DNA from: Strigamia acuminata
Lineage: Eukaryota
Length of the DNA: 64,000 nucleotides
Assembly (NCBI GenBank): GCA_949358305.1
Contig: OX442314.1
Location: 7,936,001-8,000,000 of the forward strand
Reading direction: 5' to 3'
How positions within the stretch are numbered: position 1 is the first letter of the stretch; the number at the start of each line of letters is the position of its first letter. Shown in pieces: positions 1 to 12,699 of this stretch. The notes beneath the pieces are model-generated. The model searched no databases. It saw nothing but the letters and a program-made list of their open reading frames with translations, and was not told the DNA's origin. Both the position numbers and the translations under genes were made by a program.

Positions 1-216
1 AGAAATCTTTGTAGCTTTGGCCGTGATACTTTGATATCATGAAGAAAGGATTGTTTTTTCTTATCAAACGAACATATTTGTAATTAAAACACCATAAATA
101 ACTTTATTTAGGAATTACATCGGTTTTACAACAAATACAGTAAAATTACCGTCAAAATGGCGCAACGGCGCCTTCTGGTGGAAAATCAGGCATTTATAGC
201 TCTTTTAATTTGTCAT

Positions 217-525
217 AAGGAGTGTGGATTTTGCCACAAACTCGGGCATTTCGCGAAGGTGTGCCGAATGAAGAATCCCACTGCAGGACGAGGTCGAGGT
301 GCGAAGGACCGAGTACAGTACGTCAGTGTGAGTGGAATTCAGGAATATGGCTACGAAAGCGATTATTCATTTCGTGTTGCGACGTCGGCGAAGGAGGATT
401 GCGTGAGCGTCTCAATTGCTCAACAAGAAGTTAAAATGCTTATCGATTCTGGCTCTTCGGCGAATTTGATAAATTTGGAAACATGGAAAATGTTGAAGAA
501 GAGAGGAGTAGTCGCACATCAGTAA
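217..525 (+). pseudogene. Gypsy gag-protease fragment (CCHC knuckle + aspartic protease); near-identical second copy at ~12100-12490
   Basis: CGFCHKLGHFAKVC zinc knuckle, LIDSGS protease motif; 217-606 duplicates ~12100-12489. Confidence 0.8.
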
Positions 526-1117
526 AGACTGATTTCTTATTTTACCACCAGATGGCGCGACTTGTCTCGCGCATGCGCTCTTTCCTATCGCGGATCTTGT
601 CTATTCAAGCGAGGAACAAGACAGGAAAAGAGAGAAGCATTTATTAAGAAAATTAAAGGTTCATTCACTTGTGTAAACTTATTTTCCATAGCAACTCTTT
701 GTACGATGATTGTTAATAAATTGCCCTATTAACGTGTTTTCAGTTAGTAAAAGAAAGGCTTAATTAGATTTTGATTGCTATATAATTATTCACACTGAAT
801 GTAGCGTTTAGTAAATTTGATCAGACACTGTGTACGCTTTGACGTATCTTGAACGCCCCATTGTATTTTACACGCACAAGTTAATTGGATTTTGTGGTTT
901 CTAAGTCAACACTTATTGCGATTGGGCTCAGTTCGGGGCCGAGTTTTGGCCGCACGAGCTAGTTGTAAAAATTGTAAAAATGAAAGCAACTTTAGCGGTC
1001 AAAAGACACGTGGCCATGGCACGGAAGAAGGCGAGAAAAAAGGGAAAAGGTAACGTGTTTGATTGAAAAATGATTGAAAAGAAAAAATAATTGTATAGAA
1101 TCGCGGTCATCCATCAG

Positions 1118-4100
1118 GTGTACGCGATTGCTGCGATCTGCCCGGCGCGCAATCGAATCCCCCCGAGAACACGGGCCAAGTGTTCGGTGAATTCGTCGAC
1201 ACTACGACGTTGATTGGGATTCGCTACATTCTCAAGAAGAAAAGCATTGCCTGGCTGTTGGCGTACGTTGCGTGCATGACTTTGAGCATCTATCAGTCGT
1301 TGCAGTCTGCACACGCTTACGTGGAGTATTTTATTTTATTTTTATTTTTTATTCGTGCCCACTTATGTTTATTTCAGGCAGGACAGCCACGAGCGAGTGT
1401 CGGTCGAGAGCAAGCAGTTGTTGCCATGGCCGTCAATCACGTTCTGCAGCAACGTCGTTCTACAATCGGCGATCGAAATCAGAGACAACGTACCCGAGTA
1501 TGTCGAACTAAGTTCTCTGAGCTGCGACCAACTGACCAACAAAACCTACGTGGTAACTTAACTCTGGTAAAGTGTATAGTCTGTGTTACATGATTGTTTG
1601 GATCGGTCGAGGGCAGGATCGACAGGTGATGATTAATAGGCACGAAATAGCGGAATATGTGCGCAGGAAGTTGACGGAGAAGGAAAGACGAAATCGGTCG
1701 CTTGCCACAGGCGACTGGGTTAAAGGATGCACCTTCAGTCACGAATCGTGCAACCTTTCGTAAGATGCTACGTTCACACTTAAACCACTTTTGTACAAAA
1801 GTCGCCACTTTTGTAGAAAACCTGTGTTCACACTACCAAAGGTTTTCTACAACTCAAAACAAGATGGCGGACTTTTCTACAACTCAAGTTGTAGAAAAGT
1901 TTTCTTAAACTTGACGTCACAACTGCAAAACACGCCCCCATTGTGTCATGTGACTGATCCTAGGAAAATCCAAAAAATAAAATGGACGCCATTTAAACTT
2001 TCAAGGCAACTTTCGGCATTAAAATAAAGCACTTTCAAATGCATCAAAAAATTAATACAATACATCAAAAGATGGGGAATAAAACGATCTTTCTTTAAAA
2101 AAAAAGAACGTATTTCTAGCCCAAATGGTTCGTGAAATACGAACGGAAATGTGTTTTGTTCGTTTCGATAGAGTGGAAATAGATCGTGCATTTTCGTTTC
2201 GACCCCAAAATTGTCAACTTTTAATCTCGAAAATTTTTTTTAAAAATATGTCGGTTTACTAAACTGGCATCCCTCTTTCTTTTAAAAAAAAGTAGAAGTT
2301 TCTATCTTTAATAGATCATTAGTTAAAAGCAACAATGCAAACCCCTAACAATCTAACAGTTGTACAAAACTATTCTTAAGTGTGAACAATTGATTTCGGA
2401 TTTGTAGAACTTAGACTTGTAGAAAATGATAAGTTCTACAAAAGTGGTTTAAGTGTGAACGTAGCAAGAGTTCGATTGTCAGAGTTGGCTTTATTCTGTT
2501 TGATTTTTCTAATATTTTTCAGAGATAAAAGCCTGTTTCACGAATTCAACAACCCTTACGACGGCAATTGCTTCACGTTCAATCCAGCGATTAATCCTAA
2601 CAGCGGATCGACGGCAGACATCGAGTCGAGTACATTTATCATTTGTGTAATTGCACGTTCGGCGCTTTATTTACGGTTTTGCCATCGGTTTAGGGTTGAT
2701 TCTGGACTTTTTTCGTGCTGGCAAGCACGTGCAAATGGCCAGGAGCAAGCCCTTCGTTACCGTTTTGATCCATTCACCCGGTACGACGCCGCTGATGGAT
2801 TCGCCGCAAGCTTTCGACGTCTACGGCGGGCAAAACGTTAACCTGGCTTTACGATTGGTAAAAAGCAGGAATCCAAGTACACGCGTGTGTAATACGTAAC
2901 ATTTGTTTAGATCAAACGAGATTTTATGTTGAAAGCGCGAAGGAAGATTGCGAGTTGCGTCGTCGATGGACCGTCTGGAGACGAGTATCGCCAAGAAAAT
3001 TTCTACTACGCCGACGAGACTCCGTACAAATATTCGCACGCAGTAAATTTCCATTTTTAATTTCCATTTCAATTTAAATATGAAATATAGTAATGCAATT
3101 TGAGTAGGCGTGCATGAAAACCTGTTTACAAAAAAAAGTTTACGGTCCTTGCAACTTTCTCGACGCTACGTTCACCATGCTGCGCAATAGGTCGTACGAA
3201 GACGCACTCGTGCTCCAAATTCCTCCGATAAGTGAGTCGAATCCTAGAATCCATCGAACGGAGAAAATAAAAAGGTTTTGTTCACACGTAGCCGCTTGTC
3301 ACCAGACCGAGAATATCAAGGTTGGAATGGAAGAATGCAAGTGTCCATTTCCCTGCAGGTCTGAATTGTCCATTTTTTATTAGGCCGAGGCTATTTCCCC
3401 CAACGTTGGGGGAAATAATATGTACCTTATTTCCCCCAACGTTGGGGGAAATAGTCGGCCCTCACTGGCCAGACTATTTCCCCCAACAACTTTTTTTTGT
3501 ACGGTAGGGGGAAATAACATGTACCTTATTTCCCCCAACGTTGGGGGAAATAGTCGACCTTCACTGGCCAGACTATTTCCCCCAACAACTTTTTTTTGTA
3601 CGGTATGGGGAAATAACATTTCCCTTATTTCCGCACACAGTATGATGACAATGTTTTGCTGAATATGCCGTATACCGAATATTCGGCCCATTACAACTGA
3701 TTACATAATTTATGTAGGAGATAAAAATATCAAATACCAAATTTATTACTAAAATTATTCAATATTTATTGGTATTGGATTACATGTGTAACAAGTAAAA
3801 TCTTCTACACTGTTTAAATCATTAAGAAAATTCACATCCTTGTAATCATACTCAAGTAAACAATCACGATGAAACCACTCACTGCACTTGTTGCATCTTA
3901 TCATACCTCTCACCTTCTTTGTTCTGCAGAAGCAATAGACTCTATCATAACATTTTTTTTTCTTTGGTTTTAATCCGGAAATGTTATCGGATGGAAAACA
4001 TTCAAACTGCGTACTATGCTGCGAAAAAGACTTCACCAAATGTTTTCTTAAGGCAGGGTGACTAGGGCTGAAATTGCTGGGATTCTTATTAGCACAGAGA

Positions 4101-7100
4101 AACAAAGCATTTGCAATTGCAAATAACCCACAATCATGTGAATTTTTTTGCTTTGCACAACTTTGTACCTGTACATTTAATTTCAATGAGTCATTACATA
4201 ACCGAACCAAACTACTAACAACAGAAATGTTTTTATCATGTACATCACTCAGAAGTGAATCGTACACGTTTATAACGATAGCACTTTCCCCAATTTTGCC
4301 GGAAACAACATTCCAATGGTTATTATTCACGTGGCAAATCTGAACGAAATAATCTGAACACGGACTGAATGTTGGTAAACGGCTAGCACCAAAACTTACT
4401 GATTGTAGTCCTTGAACAGAAGGGTAATCTCTTTTCATCATACCCATAGCTGCATCAATAATACTACCGTCGAGAAAAGCAATGCCCCTTAAAATCGATA
4501 AATGCTTCATGTTTAGCGGAATCGAACATACTTCAACCCATTCTGTATTTTCTTCCGCATCATCACTAAAAAATTTCAATTTCTTAGTTCGTAAGCATGG
4601 CTTGGATAAAACTCTCTTTTTGCCAATTACTGATGTCATGACACCTTTTGGACGGCCACGAACACAAACCAATCTGGGAAAATGCGCGACAATTGCATCC
4701 TGATTATCAATTTTTTCACTTAACTCATCGCCCGTTATTTCACGTTTTTCATCACTGGACTCCGTTATTTCACGTTTTTCATCACTGGACTCCGTTATTT
4801 CACGTTTTACCCCACTCGACTCCGTTATTTCACGTTTTACCCCACTCGACTCCGTTATTTCACGTTTTACCCCACTCGACTCCGTTATTTCACGTTTATC
4901 CTTACTCGACTCCGTTATTTCACGTTTATCATCACTCGATTCCTCTTCCATTGTTTCAATCTGATCGTCAAAAATATTACAATTCGTTTCGTTCTCGTTA
5001 ACATCGGCACAAGACTCCTTTACGTCTATTTCAGATGGAACGATCTCGACCAAAGTAAACTTTTTCTTTTCGCACATAAACTCACCAAACTTTTCTAACA
5101 TTTCAAATACTTCATGAAACTCTTTGGTTCCGCATGTCTTCAACGCCTCCGTAATCGTATTCATAACTACTTGGACTTTCAAATATTTTTCACGCTCAGT
5201 TAAAGGATTTGTCAAATTAGTCGTCACTTTCCTGGATCCATCTTTTTTACATACAGAAGCTAGTTCAACCGAGTCATTATAATACTTACGTTGCCACCTC
5301 ATTGGAATCAAACCAATATCAAAAATTTCCAACTCGCATTTCCGTCTAACTGCAAAAATGTGGCAACACGGCAAATGACGCATACAGAAAAGTTTGCAAG
5401 TACAACTGATGTCTGTCGTTTCTGAAATTCGATGGTGCTCGATGGTTACACTAAATCTACCGTTGTCCAAATTTACGATCTCCTTGCAATTTTCACTAGA
5501 CACGATCTCGCTAACAATTATGTAAAAGGCAAATGAGGTTACGGCACTAGCTATGGAATTAAAAAGCTGTAAAGGTAATGAGGAGTACAACTGTTCAACT
5601 TTCATTGCCTGATTAAAACAACTTAAACGCGCCTTATCGAATATGCCATCAAGAAGCAACTTTAAGTTGTCATAAAAAATGTGCAGAGCAGAATAAGTGC
5701 GAATAATACATTTCAACTTACTGTTCATGGACTCGACTCTATTATTTGTTGTATCCCCCATGTTATAAGTTGTAACTCGACTGTACATACACCAACTCTC
5801 ACGAATTAAATACCAACGATTCATAAAACGAATAAATAGTTCATGCTTCGAAAACTTACTTTCAAACTCGGAAAAGAATTGTTGAAATTTTTCAACATCG
5901 TGTGCGTATAGCATTTCTTGTAATAAACTTTGTGCATTATCCACATCATCACCCATAACTTTACATTCTTTGGTTAAAGCTTTAAAGCTCTTTAGAACAT
6001 GAAATAAGCAAAGATCGTGTTTAGCAGTCGGGAAGTATTTTCGAATCAATTCGATTTCGGTAAAATCTTTGTCAGTCATAAAACTCGACCAATCAATGTT
6101 GAGTGGACACAACAGATTGTTGGGGGAAATAGTCTGGCCAGTGAGGGCCGACTATTTCCCCCAACGTTGGGGGAAATAAGGTACATATTATTTCCCCCAA
6201 CGTTGGGGGAAATAGACACCTCGTTTTTATTAAAGGCTTTTATTTAACTTGACTTGAACGTTTGTGTGTGTGGTTCAACGTCCGGTCACGTGACCTGAAA
6301 AGTAACTTTTCAAACCGCAGCGCCACCTGGCGGAACCCGTGTCCTTTAATGGAGGCTAAAATGTTTGTCGCGAAACGAAAAATGCTGTTTTCTATGTCGA
6401 AATGACATTTGTAAATTTTGAAACCAGTCTCATTCGACTGGAAATCAATATTTGCACCTGCCTGTATCTTTTGTTTTTTAATATTATTTTGAAAAAGTAC
6501 TTTGTTGAAGATCACGGCAATTACGAAACAATCTGCAATAGTAGCGCACTCTGGCGGCGATTTGAACACCAATATAAAAGCCTTTTTCAAAAACTTGGTT
6601 TTTTATATTTACTTGTTTGTTAGAAAATCAAATGACTTTATCGTTATTTGCAGGTATTATGCGTATGAAACGTCACTCGATACTACAAGTCTCGGTGAAC
6701 CAAATGACCAAGTAGAATTTTTTTAAAAAATTAAAATGAATGCGTACGCATTTGATTCAATTACGTAGGTACGCTGCGGGGGTCCCAGCGAAACGGATGA
6801 AGCGAAAGAAATGTAAGTAAACTTCACGTTATGAATTGTTTGAATTGTTAGAAAGTGCAAATTGAATCGAGACGGACGTTTGTTTGCAGGAGCTACATGA
6901 GAGTGAGCGTTCAGTTTTCGAGCAACATTTACACCCACCACGAAGAAGTGTTGGACTGCGACGTGAGTTTATTTGTGGTTTGGCTTAGTTTGGCATTTGA
7001 AATTGTTTTTTGGCTTCAGCTGACGCAATTTTTGGGATTTTTGGGTGGCAACATCAGTCTGTGGCTCGGCTTGTGCGTGTTGTCGTTGCTCGAAGTGGTT

Positions 7101-7265
7101 CAACTAGTTTGGGATATGATCCTGGTCGGCTGGAGAAATAAATGGAAGAAAAAGAAAGTTGCGCGTCACTACCCCGTCAACATTCAGCACGGTCATCGCA
7201 TTTCCTACGCGTACCAGTACGGTAAATGTTCGACAGGCTCGACTCGCAAACGTGTTACCTATTAG
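1118..7265 (+). CDS. Multi-exon DEG/ENaC (pickpocket/ASIC-like) sodium channel gene; 5' start uncertain
   Basis: GT-AG exons at about 1118-1325 (TTTLIGIRYI, TM1), 1378-1552 (WPSITFC), 1617-1759, 2523-2629 (GNCFTFN), 2690-2857 (GLGLIL), 2911-3041, 3108-3227, 3292-3358 (CKCPFPC), 6654-6710, 6769-6812, 6890-6962, 7020-7265 (LGGNISLWLGLCVLSLLE, TM2). Confidence 0.85.
1766..2466. mobile_element. Non-autonomous TIR element (PIF/Harbinger-like MITE) in an intron
   Basis: ~30-bp TIR TGCTACGTTCACACTTAAACCACTTTTGTA at both ends; 3-bp TSD AGA. Confidence 0.7.
3755..6112 (-). CDS. N-terminally truncated MULE transposase with SWIM finger, AT-hook, Ulp1-like (C48) protease and PHD finger
   Basis: TDKD...CLFH...TNNRVES transposase core; CTC...CCH SWIM; RGRP; HW...YDS...QKNSHDCGLFA; CFC...CNKCSEWFH..C...CYTC. 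Confidence 0.85.
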   Translation of the reverse strand: MCPLNIDWSSFMTDKDFTEIELIRKYFPTAKHDLCLFHVLKSFKALTKECKVMGDDVDNAQSLLQEMLYAHDVEKFQQFFSEFESKFSKHELFIRFMNRWYLIRESWCMYSRVTTYNMGDTTNNRVESMNSKLKCIIRTYSALHIFYDNLKLLLDGIFDKARLSCFNQAMKVEQLYSSLPLQLFNSIASAVTSFAFYIIVSEIVSSENCKEIVNLDNGRFSVTIEHHRISETTDISCTCKLFCMRHLPCCHIFAVRRKCELEIFDIGLIPMRWQRKYYNDSVELASVCKKDGSRKVTTNLTNPLTEREKYLKVQVVMNTITEALKTCGTKEFHEVFEMLEKFGEFMCEKKKFTLVEIVPSEIDVKESCADVNENETNCNIFDDQIETMEEESSDDKREITESSKDKREITESSGVKREITESSGVKREITESSGVKREITESSDEKREITESSDEKREITGDELSEKIDNQDAIVAHFPRLVCVRGRPKGVMTSVIGKKRVLSKPCLRTKKLKFFSDDAEENTEWVEVCSIPLNMKHLSILRGIAFLDGSIIDAAMGMMKRDYPSVQGLQSVSFGASRLPTFSPCSDYFVQICHVNNNHWNVVSGKIGESAIVINVYDSLLSDVHDKNISVVSSLVRLCNDSLKLNVQVQSCAKQKNSHDCGLFAIANALFLCANKNPSNFSPSHPALRKHLVKSFSQHSTQFECFPSDNISGLKPKKKKCYDRVYCFCRTKKVRGMIRCNKCSEWFHRDCLLEYDYKDVNFLNDLNSVEDFTCYTCNPIPINIE
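4731..4940 (-). repeat. 30-bp coding tandem repeat (KREITESSxx, ~7 copies)
   Basis: Repeated CCGTTATTTCACGTTTT...CACTCGACT. Confidence 0.9.
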
Positions 7266-7578
7266 GCAGAACTAATAGAATAGAATTTATTAAGTCATTA
7301 ATTTAATTAAGTAGAGGACGGTTGTTTACATTACATCTTACTTTACTGCCACAAGTAATCAATACGAACTGATTAAAATTGATTTTACTTTAGGTAGGCA
7401 CGGCATTTGTGTGCAGTAAATCTGTTTTTTTGTAAACACATTTAAAAATGATCAATAAGACAGGTTAGGAAAAGCGTTTGTAAAGATAATTACATGTTAG
7501 TCTTAATCCCTGCTCTACAAATGTTTGTTTGTTCCGCGTGTGAACAAAAGGGAAAACCTAGCTACAAAGCCTGAACAT

Positions 7579-10500
7579 TGTAGTGATGTGTATCACACAC
7601 AAAAGGAGGACCGATCTCGAGTGTAGCACAACATTAAGTGTATCATTTAATCAGCTGTTCACAATGAGGTAACACTAGGCGCCAGGTGTCGCCTCCAATA
7701 CATGCTGCCATCTAGTGGCTCATTTATACACTAAGCGACATCACATCACTCTTTTTTTTTTCAGAATTTAACAACACTTGTACAAACATGATAATAAATG
7801 ATAATAAATTAAATGATTAAAAGTTACGAATGATTCTCATTATTTCCAACAATATTTTTGGTCCAGACCTGAACTCTTTCCTTTTTCCTTTTTTTTTCAA
7901 CTCTTAAAACACTTTTTGTTATTCATTAATAAAGTTAATTCGACAACAACATCCATTCAAGATTTTACGATCTAAAGTACATTTTCAAATAATCTGGAGG
8001 TCTTCTATTCCGTTTAGACCTTCGCAACGGTTCCGGTGCTGGGCGTTTCAATGGCCTGCCTCTCGGTGGTACGCCTCTCGATGGTGACCCAGGCTGCAAA
8101 TGGGTATCTACTCGTGGTTCCTCGGGTCCCGCCTCTATTTGGATGTTGTCTTCCCCTCGTTTCTCGCCATCCTTGTCCAATGGGATGTAACGTCTTATTT
8201 TTGTCACATTTCTTTTTATGATTCTCCCATCAGGTGTTTTTAACGAAATACAATTCTCATCTTTGCAATTAACAGTCATCAAATCGTGTTCGTAAGCCAA
8301 TTCCAACTTGTGAAACCTCGACTTCGCCACTAAAACTCTATCTCCAACCTGAATTTCACTCTCTTTACTCTTCCGGCTGTGATCTGCAAACTGTTTCGAC
8401 TTTGCTTTTTTCTCTGCATCTTTGTTCTTCACAATCCGATGTAGTTTTCTTTTTTGCTCAGTCATTATCTGTGGAATCTTATTCCTCATCTTTCTCGTAG
8501 TCATAAGTTCGAATGGCGACACTCCTGTCGTCCGATGTGGAGTGCTTCTATACGCCTGTAAAAAAGTTCCGAGTGTTTTCTTCCAATCTTCATTTTCGAT
8601 CCGCGCTGAACGAAACGTCTAAACAAATGACTTGTTCAGGCGTTCGACTTAGCCGTTGGCCTGTGGCCAGTACGGTGTGACCCTTCTATGTTGCGTTTCA
8701 CATTCGTTCATAAAGTCACGAAATTGGTCCGAAATGAACTGCGGTTCGTTGTCGGACGTCAACGTCTCCGGAAGTCCCCAACATTCGAAAACTCCACGCA
8801 ACCAATTTATTATTTTTTCTGCTTTTGTCGATCTTAAAATTCGTGCCTCTGGCCATCTTGAGTAATAGTCCACGGGGACGATTATCGAATGTCCGTCATT
8901 GAATGGCCCGCAGATGTCCAGCACTAGGTCCCGCCAAGGCCCTTTTGGCAACTCCGTGCTTTTGATTGGCTCTGGCTTCTCCGTCGTGCTGCTATTAAAC
9001 TGACAGGCCCTGCACTGCTGTACTGCGCGCTCCACATCATGATCGAGACCTAGCCACCAGACCTTTTCACGCAGGCGTTGTTTTGTACGTACTACGCCCT
9101 GGTGGCCCCCTGTGTGCCAATTCAATGACATTCCTTCTCAACGCTGTCGGAATCACAATTCTCGTGCCCCGGAGTAACACATTTCCCGTCATCGTTAGTT
9201 CATTCCTAATTGGCTCGAATTTCTGTAACTCTCCGGTAAATTTGGTTGCATTCTGTAAACTTGTAGCAATGGTGTAGATCTGACTAGCGGCCCTGGATGC
9301 TGTTTCCACTTGTTTCAATGTCATTGCCCTTGGAATGGCATTTTCAAGAATGTAATGAACGTGTTTTTCCATCTCCCTGGTCAATGTTTTTCCTTCTCCA
9401 ACCGGAAGCAACCTGGAAAGTGCATCTGCTATGTTCGAACTTCCTGGCCGATGTTTGATCGCAAATTCATAGGGCTGAAGCTTCAAAAGCCACCTTTCAA
9501 TTCGAGCACTGGGTTTAGACTTCACCGAATATATGATTTCCAATGCCTTATGATCCGTAATCAACTTGAAAGGCATTCCTATCAGATAGAGTCGGAACAT
9601 CTTGCAGCCCCAAACGACTGTGAGCGCTTCTTTTTCAGTGGTTGAGTAACGACGTTCAACGTTGGATAACGTCCTGCTCGCATAGGCGATAGGGTGATTC
9701 AATCCATCCACCTGCCGTTGCACAAGCACCGCTCCTAACCCGACTGGTGACGCGTCGACTATTAGCTCGGTTTCTACATTCTTCTTAAAGAAAGCAAGTG
9801 TTCCCGAGTTGCACAGACTATCCTTTAGCTTGTTAAAAGCGTCATTTTGTGATTTTCCTCAGTTAAATACGACATTCTTTCTAGCCATAATTCTCAAAGG
9901 CTCTGCAATGGTCGCGAAGTTCGGGATGTATCTTGCACAATAGTTGACAAGCCCCAAAAAGCTCCGAATCTCCATTTCGTTTTCGGGTGCTGTTGCATTG
10001 CGAACCACTTCAACCTTCTGTTCAGCCACGGAAATGCCCTATTTCGAAATCACGTGGCCCAAAAATGTCAGTCTTGTAACGCCGAAACAGCATTTCTTCA
10101 AGTTCAGCGTCAAACCATTTCGCAGTAACGTCTCTAATACCTTTTCCAATCTCTCATCGTGCTCCCTCGTCGTTCGTCCATGCACGATGATGTCATTGAG
10201 ACTATTTCGTGTTCCTTTGCACTCGGCCAATATGTTTTGTACAATCCGTTAATACTTTTCTGGAGCACTCGCGATGCCAAAAAATAGTCTTTTATGTCTA
10301 AAGAGTCCACGATGAATTACGAAGACTGTGTACTTCCTCGAATTTTCTTGCAAAGGTATTTGCAAATACCCCCATCTGCAATCTAATTTCGTTATGATTT
10401 CAGCCCCATCTATTTCTTCTAGAACTTCTTCCATAGTGGGTAATGGTTGGCGATTACGTTTCACGGCTTCATTTACCGCGCGCATATCCAAACAAATTCT

Positions 10501-10827
10501 TATCGATCCGTCCGGCTTCCGTACAGGGACCATCGGCGATACCCACTCTGTGGGCCCGGTGACTGGCTCGATAATATCCTCCTTTAATAAATTATCTATC
10601 TTCAAATCGACTTGTTTGCGAATATGAAAGGTAATTCTTCTTACCATTTGCGCCACCGGCCTCACTAATGGATCCATGTAGAGTTCAAGTTCATAATCTT
10701 TCAACTTGCCGAGCCCATTAAATACATCTTTATATTTCTTAATTCGATTGCTCAAATCATTCCGGAGTTTTCCCACAGTTTCGTCAAATAACGCGTTGTC
10801 GTCCACTGCGTTTATCATCGGCGACAA
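7579..10827 (-). mobile_element. Decayed Ty3/Gypsy retrotransposon: pol (RT, RNase H, integrase) plus a short 3' LTR (~7579-7745); 5' truncated
   Basis: Pol motifs across frameshifted ORFs (WVSPMVPVRKPDGSIRICLD, IAYASRTL, TDHK, GHQG..C..C, SDNEPQF); TG...CA LTR with an adjacent polypurine tract. Confidence 0.85.
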
Positions 10828-11098
10828 ATTATTCCCCCCCCCCCTATTTTTGGATCATTTATCCCCCAAGAATGATTTAATTCGCCCCCGCTCAAAACAC
10901 CCCCAATTAAAATTCGGTACTCCCCTAACGTTTGAGCCCCCTAATAAATTCGTTTACCCCCAACTGATTTTCCCCCAATTATGTTCCCACGTACCCCATG
11001 TTTTTCAAACGTACCCCAACTAAGTAAAACGTTTTCCCAACGTTCCTGAATGTCATGTCGCATCAACGCGTAGGATACTGGGTATATAAGGCTGTCTA

Positions 11099-11581
11099 GT
11101 GTCATTCAAAAACATATTCGTAGCAATGGCACCCACTCGACTTGTCATTATCGATTCTGAATCCGATTCCGATTGTAATTCCAATTGCGAGCCACAAGCG
11201 AAGCGTAAGGCGTTTGAATGGAAGCAGATTAGAACATTTCCGTGCGCTGAAGAAGCCAAAGAATACATTCATTCTGAGAATATGTGGACATATAAGCGGA
11301 AACATGCGACTACAGAGGGAAACAAATATAATTGCAAATATTCGAGCTCTTGCAATGCCAAAACACTTTTACTTTATTGCTGTGACTCGAACAAGGTGGA
11401 AGCACACCACACTTTGGCTGTTCACTCCCATGACTTGAGATTAGCAAGAGGTATCCCTGAAGAAGTTAAGAAGAAAATTGTAGAACTTCACCAGAATGGC
11501 ATCACAAAACCTAAATTAATTCTGCGCAAGCTCACCGAATTTGGACTGCCTGAACCACCGGCTGTTTTTAAAACATTTTAA
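11099..11581 (+). pseudogene. MULE-type transposase N-terminal fragment (WRKY/GCM1-like zinc finger)
   Basis: YNC..SSC...HSH pattern followed by GITKPKLILRKL; C-rich repetitive terminus at ~10830-11040 that truncates the Gypsy pol. Confidence 0.55.
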
Positions 11582-11668
11582 TTTAATTAATTTTAACTTT
11601 TTAACAAATAGAAAATAACAAACATTAACATTACTGCAAAAATAAATAAAAAATAAAAGTAAAAATTT

Positions 11669-11740
11669 TCACAGCCAAGAGGATTTGAACCTGTGTGAAA
11701 AGATTTTTGGTCCATTGTCTTAACCACTGAGCCACCACTA
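11669..11740 (-). repeat. tRNA-Ser-derived repeat (SINE-like); second partial copy at ~46150-46207
   Basis: Minus strand GTAGTGGTGGCTCAGTGGTTAAGACAATGGAC...GGTTCAAATCC (A/B boxes); the second copy has TTAAGGCGATGGACTAGAAATC; shared A-rich flank. Confidence 0.65.
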
Positions 11741-12049
11741 CACACTATTGTTGCCTTCATGCAGGCAGTCATGTTGGTGAACAAAGTTGTGATGTCATAT
11801 GTCTTGTGATATCAAATTACCTGGGTTCCAGAGTAAGGTTTGAACAGGCTAATCACCAAGTGTAGTGCTACACTTGACCTTTTTACTCAAAAAATAAAAA
11901 AATAGTGTTTCAACACACAATAAAGAATCCTGTGTGTTGTAACTGTTTGTAACAATGTGAGAGAGCGTTGCATTTAAATATTAAAAAGAAACATTGCTCA
12001 GGTCATGTGAATACTTTATTTAACAATAATTTTAACAATTGTGAGGGAC

Positions 12050-12406
12050 ACACTCCTGCGGTCTCCTTGTTTGCCAACGAGTGCACCGTCGCGAAAGGAA
12101 AGGAGTGTGGATTTTGTCACAAACTCGGGCATTTCGCGAAGGTGTGCCGAATGAAGAATCCCACTGCAGGTCGAAGTCGAGGTGCGAAGGACCGAGTACA
12201 GTACGTCGGTGTGAGTGGAATTCAGAAATATGGCTACGAAAGCGATTATTCATTTCGTGTAGCGACGTCGGCGAAGGAGGATTGCGTGAGCGTCTCAATT
12301 GCTCAACAAGAAGTTAAAATGCTTATCGATTCTGGCTCTTTGGCGAATTTGATAAATTTGGAAACATGGAAAATGTTGAAGAAGAGAGGAGTAGTCGCAC
12401 ATCAGT
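12050..12406 (+). pseudogene. Gypsy gag-protease fragment (duplicate of 217-525)
   Basis: ECTVAKGKECGFCHKLGHFAKVC and LIDSGS motifs. Confidence 0.8.
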
Positions 12407-12534
12407 ATAGACTGATTTCTTATTTTACCACCAGATGGCGCGACTTGTCTCCCGCATGCGCTCTTTCCTATCGCGGATCTTGTCTATTCGACGAAGTGAC
12501 CAACCGCAGCACAGGACCTCTATTTTCTCTCGGC

Positions 12535-12699
12535 TTTCCTGCCCAGCTTCGACGGCAATCGAGAACCCTGTATGCCGCGTGTGATGGCCTCAGCGTCGGC
12601 GCACTTTCTTTTGTACTTGGCGTACATCATTTCGCCGACGCTGAGGCCATCACACGCGGCATACGGAGTTCTCGATTGCCGTCGAAGTTGGGTAGGAAA
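12535..12699. repeat. Long inverted repeat (~66-bp arms, ~31-nt spacer)
   Basis: 12535-12601 is the reverse complement of 12633-12699, with 4 mismatches seen. Confidence 0.9.

Larger units (their letters stand above)
3383..6223 (-). mobile_element. Mutator-like (MULE) DNA transposon, internally deleted, intronic
   Basis: 9-bp TSD TTTTTATTA (3374-3382, 6224-6232); long TIRs built of the palindromic unit TATTTCCCCCAACGTTGGGGGAAATA. Confidence 0.85.

Noticed and set aside
11669..11740. Functional tRNA-Ser gene
   Set aside because: Acceptor stem and variable arm are degenerate or deleted, and the flank is shared with another copy, so it is a tRNA-derived repeat
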